A stretch of 5,560 bases of DNA from a virus (Duplodnaviria; Heunggongvirae; Uroviricota; Caudoviricetes), in the IMG/VR virus record IMGVR_UViG_2663763232_000012, one strand, 5' to 3'. Positions within the stretch are counted from its first letter, which is position 1. Every line of letters begins with the position of its first letter. A program made the position numbers and the translations under genes. Shown here piece by piece: positions 1 through 5,560 of the stretch. A model generated the notes under the pieces. That model made no database searches. It was not told the origin of the DNA and saw only the letters and a program-made list of their open reading frames with translations.

Positions 1-205
1 TAAGGCCTTTGAATAAGACAAAAGGCTGCCTCATCGCTAACTTTGCAACAGTGCCCTTTAAAGCACGTTTTAATCCAGGTCGGCCTGTCCTTATTCCGCT
101 TAATTTATCTTCAAATATTTGTTCACATCCTGCACAAACAAGAGCGTTTCGTTGCAGGTCTGTATTCTGGTCATTTGTTGATACCCTTACATAGCCAATC
201 AGCAC
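1..205 (-). pseudogene. pin: Gin/Pin-family serine DNA invertase, 5' fragment only (about 51 native codons); frame then runs into unrelated sequence and off the window
   Basis: Minus-strand GTG at 205 with GGGAG 7 nt upstream. Translation MLIGYVRVSTNDQNTDLQRNALVCAGCEQIFEDKLSGIRTGRPGLKRALK matches the Gin/Pin/Hin N-terminus including the catalytic Ser motif (recalled). From fwd position about 55 leftward the translation (GTVAKLAMRQPFVLFKGL) lacks the conserved GDTLVVWKLDRLGRS block in any frame. Confidence 0.7.
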
Positions 206-259
206 GCTGAATCTCCCGTCCAAAAGCACAAATCATGCCATGCAGGCCAGAAACCGCCA

Positions 260-285
260 TTATCTAAAACCTCGGTTTACAGGAA
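260..285. other. gix/pix-type invertase crossover site (26 bp)
   Basis: TTATCTAAAACCTCGGTTTACAGGAA differs at one position from the Mu gix site TTATCCAAAACCTCGGTTTACAGGAA (recalled). It sits between the divergent invertase start and the tail-fibre variable cassette, as in the Mu G / P1 C / e14 P segments. Confidence 0.65.
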
Positions 286-1272
286 ACGGTAAACAGGGCC
301 AGGAACGCCGTGCAAAAGAATGGCGATACCTTGTCCGGTGGGCTTACTTTTGAAAACGACTCAATCCTTGCCTGGATTAGAAATACTGACTGGGCAAAGA
401 TTGGTTTTAAAAATAATGCCGACAGCGACACTGATTCATACATGTGGTTTGAAACAGGCGACAACGGCAATGAATATTTCAAATGGAGAAGCCGCCAGAG
501 CACCACAACAAAAGACCTGATGACTCTTAAATGGGATGCTTTGTCTGTCCTTGTTAAAGCCCTTTTCAGCAGTGAAGTAAAAATATCGACAGTCAATGCA
601 CTGAGGATATTTAATTCATCTTTTGGTGCTATTTTTCGTCGTTCTGAAGAATGCCTGCATATCATCCCTACACGAGAGAATGAGGGAGAAAATGGTGATA
701 TAGGGCCACTACGCCCCTTTACGCTTAATCTCAGAACTGGTCGGATAAGCATGGGGCATGGTCTTGATGTTACAGGGGATATATTTGCAAACCGTTTTGC
801 AATTAACAGTAGTACCGGCATGTGGATTCATATGCGTGACCAGAATGTTATTTTGGGACGCAATGCGGTATCCACCGATGGTGCGCAGGCATTACTTCGT
901 CAGGACCACGCTGATCGCAAATTTATGATTGGTGGACTGGGGAATAAGCAATTTGGCATCTACATGATTAATAACTCAAGGACAGCCAATGGCACCGATG
1001 GTCAGGCGTACATGGACAACAATGGCAACTGGCTTTGCGGTGCGCAAGTTATTCCCGGCAATTATGGTAATTTTGACTCACGTTATGTGAGAGATGTCCG
1101 ACTTGGTACACGTGTTGTTCAGACTATGCAAAAAGGCGTGATGTATGAGAAATCAGGTCATGCAATTACGGGGCTTGGCATTATCGGTGCAGTTGATGGC
1201 GATGATCCGGCAGTATTCAGACCAATACAAAAATACATCAATGGCACATGGTATAACGTCGTACAGGTGTAA
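268..1272 (+). CDS. Tail fibre protein, C-terminal variable (receptor-binding) cassette; 5'-partial and promoterless silent copy of an invertible segment
   Basis: Open frame from the TAA at 265-267 to the TAA at 1270-1272; the GTG at 310 is probably not a real start. Ends match side-tail-fibre C-terminal regions (DWAKIGFKNNADSDTDSYMWFETGDNGNEYFKWRSRQSTTTKDLMTLKWDAL ... NFDSRYVRDVRLGTRVVQ ... DGDDPAVFRPIQKYINGTWYNVVQV) with a divergent middle. The frame enters through the inner half of the gix site and is followed by a tfa gene. Confidence 0.8.
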   Translation, partial: NLGLQETVNRARNAVQKNGDTLSGGLTFENDSILAWIRNTDWAKIGFKNNADSDTDSYMWFETGDNGNEYFKWRSRQSTTTKDLMTLKWDALSVLVKALFSSEVKISTVNALRIFNSSFGAIFRRSEECLHIIPTRENEGENGDIGPLRPFTLNLRTGRISMGHGLDVTGDIFANRFAINSSTGMWIHMRDQNVILGRNAVSTDGAQALLRQDHADRKFMIGGLGNKQFGIYMINNSRTANGTDGQAYMDNNGNWLCGAQVIPGNYGNFDSRYVRDVRLGTRVVQTMQKGVMYEKSGHAITGLGIIGAVDGDDPAVFRPIQKYINGTWYNVVQV

Positions 1273-1275
1273 TTT

Positions 1276-1803
1276 ATGCAGCATTTAAAAAATATTAAGT
1301 CTGGAAATCCAAAAACAAAAGAACAATATCAGCTAACAAAGAATTTTGATGTTATCTGGTTATGGTCCGAAGACGGAAAAAACTGGTATGAGGAAGTGAA
1401 AAACTTTCAGCCAGACACAATAAAGATTGTTTACGATGCAAATAATATTATTGTCGCCATCACCAAAGATGCCTCCACGCTTAACCCTGAAGGTTATAGC
1501 GTCGTTGAGGTTCCAGATATTACAGCCAACCGCTGCGCTGATGATTCCAGTAAGTGGATGTTTAGGGACGGAGCTGTGGTTAAACGGATTTATACGGCAG
1601 ACGAGCAACAACAACAGGCCGAATCACAAAAGGCCGCATTGCTTTCCGAAGCTGAATCAGTCATCCAACCGCTGGAACGCGCTGTCAGGCTGAATATGGC
1701 AACAGACGAGGAACGCACACGACTGGAAGCATGGGAACGCTACAGTGTTCTGGTCAGCCGTGTGGATACGGCAAATCCTGAATGGCCACAAAAACCAGAG
1801 TAA
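1276..1803 (+). CDS. tfa: Tail fibre assembly protein (Mu U / Tfa family)
   Basis: 175 aa; AGGTG SD 7 nt upstream of the ATG. N-terminus [48 protein letters not shown] and C-terminus [33 protein letters not shown] are typical of U/Tfa chaperones (recalled); lies directly after the tail-fibre cassette. Confidence 0.85.
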   Translation: MQHLKNIKSGNPKTKEQYQLTKNFDVIWLWSEDGKNWYEEVKNFQPDTIKIVYDANNIIVAITKDASTLNPEGYSVVEVPDITANRCADDSSKWMFRDGAVVKRIYTADEQQQQAESQKAALLSEAESVIQPLERAVRLNMATDEERTRLEAWERYSVLVSRVDTANPEWPQKPE

Positions 1804-1825
1804 AAATTAAGGCCCGATACCGGGC
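1802..1825 (-). terminator. Weak candidate intrinsic terminator for the minus-strand transcript
   Basis: Hairpin GCCCG-ATAC-CGGGC (1812-1825) is followed on the minus strand by CTTAATTTTT (rc of 1802-1811). The stem is only 5 bp and overlaps the last codons of the ParB-like ORF. Confidence 0.2.
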
Positions 1826-2238
1826 AAAACATCCGTCAACAGTTCATCAATTTCTGTCGGGCCGAAGCCTGTCAGGGAGACATCAAAATCAGCATTGATT
1901 AGGTCCGACAGCTCCATCCGCAACAGATCTTCATCCCAGCCAGCATTCATCGGTAGGCGATTATCTGCCAGGCGGTACGCCTTTTTCTGCTCATCCGTCA
2001 GGCCAGACAGAACAATGACCGGAACAGAATCCATTTTGAGCATTTCAGCCGCCATAACACGACCGTGACCCGCAATAATTTCGCCCTTTTCGTCAATCAG
2101 CACCGGATTAGTCCAGCCGAATTGCTTAATACTTTCTACCAGTTGTGCCACCTGCTCAGTACTGTGCGTCCTGGCGTTGTGCGCATACGGTGACAATTCT
2201 TGTAATGGGCGATAGACTATCTTTAATTTCTCGCTCAT
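1807..2238 (-). CDS. ParB-like nuclease-domain protein (ParB/Srx fold), standalone 143 aa; possibly the N-terminal remnant of a ParB-methyltransferase fusion
   Basis: MSEKLKIVYRPLQELSPYAHNARTHSTEQVAQLVESIKQFGWTNPVLIDEKGEIIAGHGRVMAAEMLKMDSVPVIVLSGLTDEQKKAYRLADNRLPMNAGWDEDLL shows the ParB N-terminal-domain pattern (YxPLxxL..Y..NxRxH, GHGR motif, following AxxxADN segment). The GFGPTEIDELL tail resembles the linker before the catalytic domain in ParB-MTase fusions. The ORF ends 3 bp from the convergent tfa stop. Confidence 0.75.
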   Translation of the reverse strand: MSEKLKIVYRPLQELSPYAHNARTHSTEQVAQLVESIKQFGWTNPVLIDEKGEIIAGHGRVMAAEMLKMDSVPVIVLSGLTDEQKKAYRLADNRLPMNAGWDEDLLRMELSDLINADFDVSLTGFGPTEIDELLTDVLPGIGP

Positions 2239-2250
2239 ACAGCCTTGCTT

Positions 2251-2289
2251 TATGAATAAAACGCACCCCAGCAGCCAGTGCTACTGGGG
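2251..2289 (-). terminator. Candidate rho-independent terminator between trkG and the ParB-like ORF
   Basis: Inverted repeat CCCCAGCAG / CTACTGGGG (2266-2274 / 2281-2289, one mismatch, 6-nt loop) followed on the minus strand by TGCGTTTTATTC, placed 88 bp after the trkG stop and before the ParB-like start. Confidence 0.3.
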
Positions 2290-2375
2290 GCGGAGGTGTT
2301 GCTGGTAAAGTTAGGTATTGGATCAATGAGTGAGTCAATATAATATTAAACTCACAATTATAAATCAGCCATATA

Positions 2376-3833
2376 TTAGGAGCGCCAAAAAAAACCTGAA
2401 AACAATATAATAACAGGATAAATTTCAAGGCGACCAAGAATCATAGCTATGCACATTAAATATTTTGCAATGTCATTAAGCACTCCGAATGACGATGCAG
2501 TAGCCCCAAAACCTAATCCCATATTATTAATACATGCAGCCACTGTTGCAAATGATGTAAGAAAATCATATCCCATACCATTTAACACCAGTATAAAAAA
2601 CACCGTGAAGAGAGTATAAAGAAAAAAGAAACTCCATACAGACCTCATTACACGATCTGTAACTATCTTCCCTCCTACATTTACACTCAACAACGCTCTG
2701 GGATGAGAAAGCTGATTTATCTCGTGTTTGCTTTGTTTGAAAAGTATAAGAAATCGAAGTGACTTAATTCCACCACAAGTTGAACCTATACATCCCCCAA
2801 AGAAACTTGACGACAGCAAAAACACTATCGTGTGCGTGGGCCAGTTTGCATAATCCTGCGTAGCTAAACCATTATCAGTGAGCATGGAGCTGGCAAGAAA
2901 AAACGAATGAATAAAACTTCCATGCAAGTCATACATACCTATATGCCAGACCTGGAAAGAGGTAACAATGATCACCCCTAAGGCTATTAACAGAAAGAAA
3001 CGAAGTTCAATATCTCTGATTAAAGGTTTTATCGTTTTCCTGCTAATAACAATATACCAAAGAGTGAAGTTGAAAGCCGATAGCAGGGAAAAAGAACCAG
3101 CCACCAGCTCAACCAAATAGTTATTAAAATATCCGATACTCTCGCTATGAGTTGAGAAACCACCAAGCGAAACTGTGGAAATCCCGTGACAAATAGCATC
3201 AAACAAAGGCATTCCTGCAAGTCTATAACAGACAATACAAGCAATACCTAATAAAGAATAAGTTATCCACAGTGTCCGTGACGTATCGGCCAGGCGGGGA
3301 GTGAGTTTGTCATCCTTAAATGGCCCCGGCATTTCTGACTGATAAAGCTTTGTACCACCAATACCCAATAATGGCAATACAGCAACCGCCAGAACAATAA
3401 CTCCTAAACCACCTATAAAATTTAACTGTGACCGATAGTACAAATATGCCCGAGGTAATGAACTAACATCATCAATTACAGTTGCTCCTGTTGTTGTTAT
3501 TCCAGAAACCCCTTCAAACAGAGCATCAATGAACGTTAAATTAAGTTCTGAGTCAATCCATAAAGGGAATGCACTAATAACAGAAAACAAAATCCAAAAC
3601 ATTACAATTATAATAAACCCATCACGGGTACGTAATTGAATGCCAGATTTCTTAGTTGTATACCACGCTCCGCCACCAATGCAAAAAAATATAACGAAAG
3701 TTATAAAGAAAACGAACAGGCTTTTTTCTTTATAAAACAATGCTACAACCATTGGTGGCAACATTGAAAGACTATAGAGCCAAACCAGGAACCCACACAT
3801 ATGAGTAACAACTCTTACATGAGATGTATTCAT
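2376..3833 (-). CDS. trkG: TrkH/TrkG-family potassium uptake membrane protein (prophage-borne trkG-like)
   Basis: Polytopic hydrophobic protein with TrkH-family motifs (GITTTGATVIDD selectivity-filter-like segment, GGFSTH, NNMGLGFG, GRLEI). ATG at 3833 gives 485 aa (MNTSHVRVV...), the length I recall for E. coli Rac TrkG; an in-frame TTG at 3851 with AGGTGG 6 nt upstream gives 491 aa. Visibly AT-rich relative to its neighbours. Confidence 0.85.
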   Translation of the reverse strand: MNTSHVRVVTHMCGFLVWLYSLSMLPPMVVALFYKEKSLFVFFITFVIFFCIGGGAWYTTKKSGIQLRTRDGFIIIVMFWILFSVISAFPLWIDSELNLTFIDALFEGVSGITTTGATVIDDVSSLPRAYLYYRSQLNFIGGLGVIVLAVAVLPLLGIGGTKLYQSEMPGPFKDDKLTPRLADTSRTLWITYSLLGIACIVCYRLAGMPLFDAICHGISTVSLGGFSTHSESIGYFNNYLVELVAGSFSLLSAFNFTLWYIVISRKTIKPLIRDIELRFFLLIALGVIIVTSFQVWHIGMYDLHGSFIHSFFLASSMLTDNGLATQDYANWPTHTIVFLLSSSFFGGCIGSTCGGIKSLRFLILFKQSKHEINQLSHPRALLSVNVGGKIVTDRVMRSVWSFFFLYTLFTVFFILVLNGMGYDFLTSFATVAACINNMGLGFGATASSFGVLNDIAKYLMCIAMILGRLEIYPVIILFSGFFWRS

Positions 3834-3878
3834 ATCTAAATATTCTTTCAATTATAACCACCTTGCTGCAATATTATG

Positions 3879-3884
3879 ATTATA
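3879..3884 (-). promoter_or_regulatory. Candidate -10 hexamer for trkG transcription
   Basis: Perfect TATAAT on the minus strand (fwd ATTATA 3879-3884) about 28 nt upstream of the TTG/SD; no convincing -35 at 17-bp spacing (TAAGAG at best). Confidence 0.2.
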
Positions 3885-3970
3885 CTGTATAAAATTTAAC
3901 TCCTCTTAGATCTTACTTCACTGTTCCTTATGAAACAATCATCAAAATGAATCATATTGTAGTTAAGATT

Positions 3971-4435
3971 TTACTTTAAACACTGCTCGGTTATGTATTG
4001 CTGAGCACCTTCAAGTTGGGCCTGCATCATTACCAGTCGTTCCCGGAGGGTGAAATAATCCCGTTCAGCGGTGTCTGCCAGTCGGGGGGAGGCTGCATTA
4101 TCCACGCCGGAGGCGGTGGTGGCTTCACGCACTGACTGACAGACTGCTTTGATGTGCAACCGACGACGACCAGCGGCAACATCATCACGCAGAGCATCAT
4201 TTTCAGCTTTCGCATCAGCTAACTCCTTCGTGTATTTTGCATCGAGCGCAGCAACATCACGCTGACGCATCTGCATGTCAGTAATTGCCGCGTTCGCCAG
4301 CTTCAGTTCTCTGGCATTTTTGTCGCGCTGGGCTTTGTAGGTAATGGCGTTATCACGGTAATGATTAACAGCCCATGACAGGCAGACGATGATGCAGATA
4401 ACCAGAGCGGAGATAATCGCGGTTACCCTGCTCAT
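3971..4435 (-). CDS. Rz: Rz i-spanin (inner-membrane spanin), lambda-like
   Basis: [134 protein letters not shown]... is near-identical to lambda Rz (recalled). The ATG at 4435 overlaps the endolysin stop as ATGA; the track ORF extends 4 codons further to a GTG. Confidence 0.9.
   Translation of the reverse strand: MSRVTAIISALVICIIVCLSWAVNHYRDNAITYKAQRDKNARELKLANAAITDMQMRQRDVAALDAKYTKELADAKAENDALRDDVAAGRRRLHIKAVCQSVREATTASGVDNAASPRLADTAERDYFTLRERLVMMQAQLEGAQQYITEQCLK
4030..4215 (-). CDS. Rz1: Rz1 o-spanin (outer-membrane lipoprotein), embedded in the +1 frame of Rz
   Basis: [57 protein letters not shown]... carries a lipobox (VVGC) and the proline-rich segment, near-identical to lambda Rz1 (recalled), and lies wholly inside Rz. 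Confidence 0.85.
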   Translation of the reverse strand: MRKLKMMLCVMMLPLVVVGCTSKQSVSQCVKPPPPPAWIMQPPPDWQTPLNGIISPSGNDW

Positions 4436-4656
4436 TGTTGCCCCCACAAACAGACCTCACGCTCAATCTCACGACGAGTCATCAGGCCTTTCCATTGCTT
4501 ACCGCCAGCGTATGCCCAGCGACGTAGCTGGTCACATGCGCCCTTGATATCGCCCTGGTTTATTTTGCGAAGAAGAGTAGATGTTCTGAAATTGCCTGCG
4601 CCCACGTTATAGACGAACGAGTAAAGAGCGCCGCGCGTTGTTTCCGGTAGGTGCGA
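4432..4656 (-). pseudogene. R: SAR-type endolysin (GH24 lysozyme, phage 21 R-like), 5'-truncated; only about the C-terminal 73 codons remain
   Basis: The minus-strand frame ending at the TGA (4434-4432) translates to ...[72 protein letters not shown], matching the C-terminus of R21-type lysozymes (recalled). An in-frame stop lies at 4659-4657, and no frame upstream encodes the N-terminal SAR or catalytic region. Confidence 0.75.
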
Positions 4657-4774
4657 TCACTTTCGTCTACTCCGTTACAAAGCGAGGCTGGGTATTTCCC
4701 GGCCTTTCTGTTATCAGAAATCCCCTGAAAGCACAGCGGCTGGCTGAGGAGATAAATAATAAACGGGGGGCTGT

Positions 4775-4966
4775 ATGCACAAAGCATCTCCTGTTGAGTT
4801 AAGAACGTGTATCGAGATGGCACATAGCCTCGCTCAAATTGGAGTCAGGTTTGTGCCAATACCAGTAGAAACAGACGAAGAATTTCATACGTTAGCCGCA
4901 TCCCTTTCACAAAAGCTGGAAATGATGGTGGCGAAAGCAGAAGCAGATGAGAGAGACCAGGTATGA
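4775..4966 (+). CDS. Hypothetical small protein (63 aa), resembling lambda exo-xis-region small ORFs
   Basis: ATG with a G-rich SD (GGGGGG) 4 nt upstream. Hydrophilic, protein-like composition (MHKASPVELRTCIEMAHSLAQIGVRFVPIPVETDEEFHTLAASLSQKLEMMVAKAEADERDQV). Its stop overlaps the next start as ATGA. Confidence 0.5.
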   Translation: MHKASPVELRTCIEMAHSLAQIGVRFVPIPVETDEEFHTLAASLSQKLEMMVAKAEADERDQV

Positions 4967-5046
4967 CAACCACTGAATGCATTTTTCTGGCAGCGGGCTT
5001 CATATTCTGTGTGCTTATGCTTGCCGACATGGGGCTTGTTCAATGA
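4963..5046 (+). CDS. Candidate 27-aa hydrophobic peptide (MTTTECIFLAAGFIFCVLMLADMGLVQ), translationally coupled on both sides
   Basis: Not in the supplied ORF track (too short). The ATG at 4963 overlaps the upstream stop (ATGA) and its TGA at 5044-5046 overlaps the next ATG (ATGA). One predicted transmembrane helix; purine-rich GAGAGA 8-13 nt upstream. Confidence 0.35.
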   Translation: MTTTECIFLAAGFIFCVLMLADMGLVQ

Positions 5047-5258
5047 CACCTCAGCAAGAAAACGCCCTTCGCAGCATTGCCCGTCAGGCTAATTCTGAAA
5101 TCAAAAAAGCCAGACAGCAGTTTCCGGATAAAAACGTCGATGACATTTGCCGTAGCGTACTGAAGAAGCACCGCGAAACGGTAACGCTGATGGGATTCAC
5201 ACCGACTCATTTAAGCCTGGCAATCGGCATGTTAAACGGCGTCTTTAAGGAACGATGA
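5043..5258 (+). CDS. Hypothetical small protein (71 aa from the ATG at 5043; the track ORF starts at 4977)
   Basis: MTPQQENALRSIARQANSEIKKARQQFPDKNVDDICRSVLKKHRETVTLMGFTPTHLSLAIGMLNGVFKER is hydrophilic and protein-like. The 5043 start has GGGG about 10 nt upstream and ATGA coupling; the 4977 start has no SD, and its first 22 codons overlap the hydrophobic peptide ORF. Confidence 0.5.
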   Translation: MTPQQENALRSIARQANSEIKKARQQFPDKNVDDICRSVLKKHRETVTLMGFTPTHLSLAIGMLNGVFKER

Positions 5259-5278
5259 ACATGAAAAGCAAAATTATC

Positions 5279-5303
5279 AGGGAGCTACAGGCTCCTTTTT
5301 TAT
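5279..5303 (+). terminator. Candidate rho-independent terminator after the small-gene triad
   Basis: Hairpin GGAGC-TACAG-GCTCC (5281-5295), extendable by A-U and G-U pairs, followed directly by TTTTTTATT, 23 bp downstream of the 5258 stop. Confidence 0.4.
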
Positions 5304-5356
5304 TGCTCGCATTTACCCCCAAGCGTATTAACCAACAATTCAGGGATTAATGGAAG

Positions 5357-5542
5357 ATGGCAGACATCATTGATTCAGCATCAGAAATTGAAGAATTACA
5401 GCGCAACACAGCAATAAAAATGCGCCGCCTGAACCACCAGGCTGTATCTGCCACTCATTGTTGTGAGTGTGGCGATCCCATAGATGAGCTAAGACGCCTG
5501 GCTGAACCGCCCCGGGTTTCCTGGAGAGTGTTTTATCTGTGA
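5357..5542 (+). CDS. TraR/DksA-family C4 zinc-finger protein (lambda Orf73-like), apparently frameshifted before the second CxxC
   Basis: ...ATHCCECGDPIDELRR matches the TraR pattern CxxCGNPIPEARR (recalled). In frame the ORF ends RLAEPPRVSWRVFYL* with no second CxxC; the alternative frame after the run CCGCCCCGGG (5509-5518) reads GFPGECFICELRLPD... (FPG plus CxxC) and runs to the window edge. Confidence 0.55.
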   Translation: MADIIDSASEIEELQRNTAIKMRRLNHQAVSATHCCECGDPIDELRRLAEPPRVSWRVFYL

Positions 5543-5560
5543 ACTCAGGCTGCCAGATCA

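Noticed and set aside
9-194. 61-aa plus-strand ORF at the left edge
   Set aside because: Lies antisense to the recognisable invertase N-terminal coding sequence; no SD and no protein-like features; most likely a chance ORF.
320-520. 66-aa plus-strand ORF in an alternative frame of the tail-fibre cassette
   Set aside because: Overlaps the homologous fibre frame out of frame; no independent support.
264-821. 185-aa minus-strand ORF
   Set aside because: Antisense to the tail-fibre cassette, which has clear homology on the plus strand; it would also have to start inside the gix site.
1606-1617. CAACAACAACAG repeat encoding QQQQ in tfa
   Set aside because: Short in-frame codon repeat within a coding region; not a repeat element or CRISPR.
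1360-1693. 84-aa (minus) and 88-aa (plus) ORFs inside tfa
   Set aside because: Alternative-frame or antisense ORFs inside a well-supported tfa gene.
2156-2437. 93-aa minus-strand ORF spanning the trkG-ParB intergenic region
   Set aside because: Overlaps both the ParB-like start and the trkG 3' end and runs through the candidate terminator hairpin; low-complexity translation.
3101-3108. Chi octamer (GCTGGTGG) on the minus strand within trkG
   Set aside because: A single occurrence of a motif that is common in enterobacterial DNA; no evidence of special significance.
3029-3244. 71-aa minus-strand ORF inside trkG
   Set aside because: Alternative frame of the TrkH-family gene.
4560-4823. 87-aa minus-strand ORF
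   Set aside because: Its 3' part is an out-of-frame reading of the endolysin remnant ([16 protein letters not shown] is the shifted frame of [15 protein letters not shown]) and it does not restore the endolysin N-terminus; artefact of the junction.
4845-5030. 61-aa minus-strand ORF
   Set aside because: Antisense to the ATGA-coupled plus-strand small genes; no SD or homology.
5261-5350. 29-aa plus-strand ORF (MKSKIIRELQAPFLLLAFTPKRINQQFRD)
   Set aside because: The candidate terminator hairpin and T-tract (5279-5303) lie inside it; more likely non-coding.
1-5560. Possibility of a CRISPR array, tRNA, rRNA or intact IS element
   Set aside because: No regularly spaced direct repeats, no cloverleaf-like conserved tRNA sequence, and no recognisable transposase ORF or IS terminal inverted repeats; the 1-55 junction sequence did not match IS ends I could recall.

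Overview
This window reads as a heavily decayed, mosaic lambdoid prophage remnant of the Rac/e14 type from an enterobacterium; every call rests on reading the sequence and on protein and site sequences recalled from memory, with no database search run. Left to right: (i) a 5' fragment of a Gin/Pin-family DNA invertase (minus strand, 1-205) separated by a near-perfect gix-type crossover site (260-285) from a promoterless tail-fibre C-terminal cassette (268-1272) and a Mu U-type tail fibre assembly gene (1276-1803), i.e. one orphaned half of an invertible tail-fibre segment; (ii) on the minus strand, a ParB-like nuclease-domain ORF (1807-2238) and an AT-rich TrkH-family potassium transporter gene that looks like trkG (2376-3833/3851); (iii) an intact lambda-like Rz/Rz1 spanin pair (3971-4435, 4030-4215) preceded by only the C-terminal third of a GH24 SAR-type endolysin (4432-4656); (iv) on the plus strand, a cluster of small genes resembling the lambda exo-xis region, including three ORFs joined by ATGA stop/start overlaps (one a 27-aa hydrophobic peptide), a candidate terminator, and a TraR/DksA-like zinc-finger ORF that appears frameshifted. 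At least three fusion junctions are inferred (near 55, 1805 and 4655). No rRNA, tRNA, CRISPR array or intact mobile element is visible. I do not see a convincing new multi-gene system; the most check-worthy items are the ATGA-coupled small-gene triad, the ParB-like ORF beside trkG, and the disabled inversion switch.
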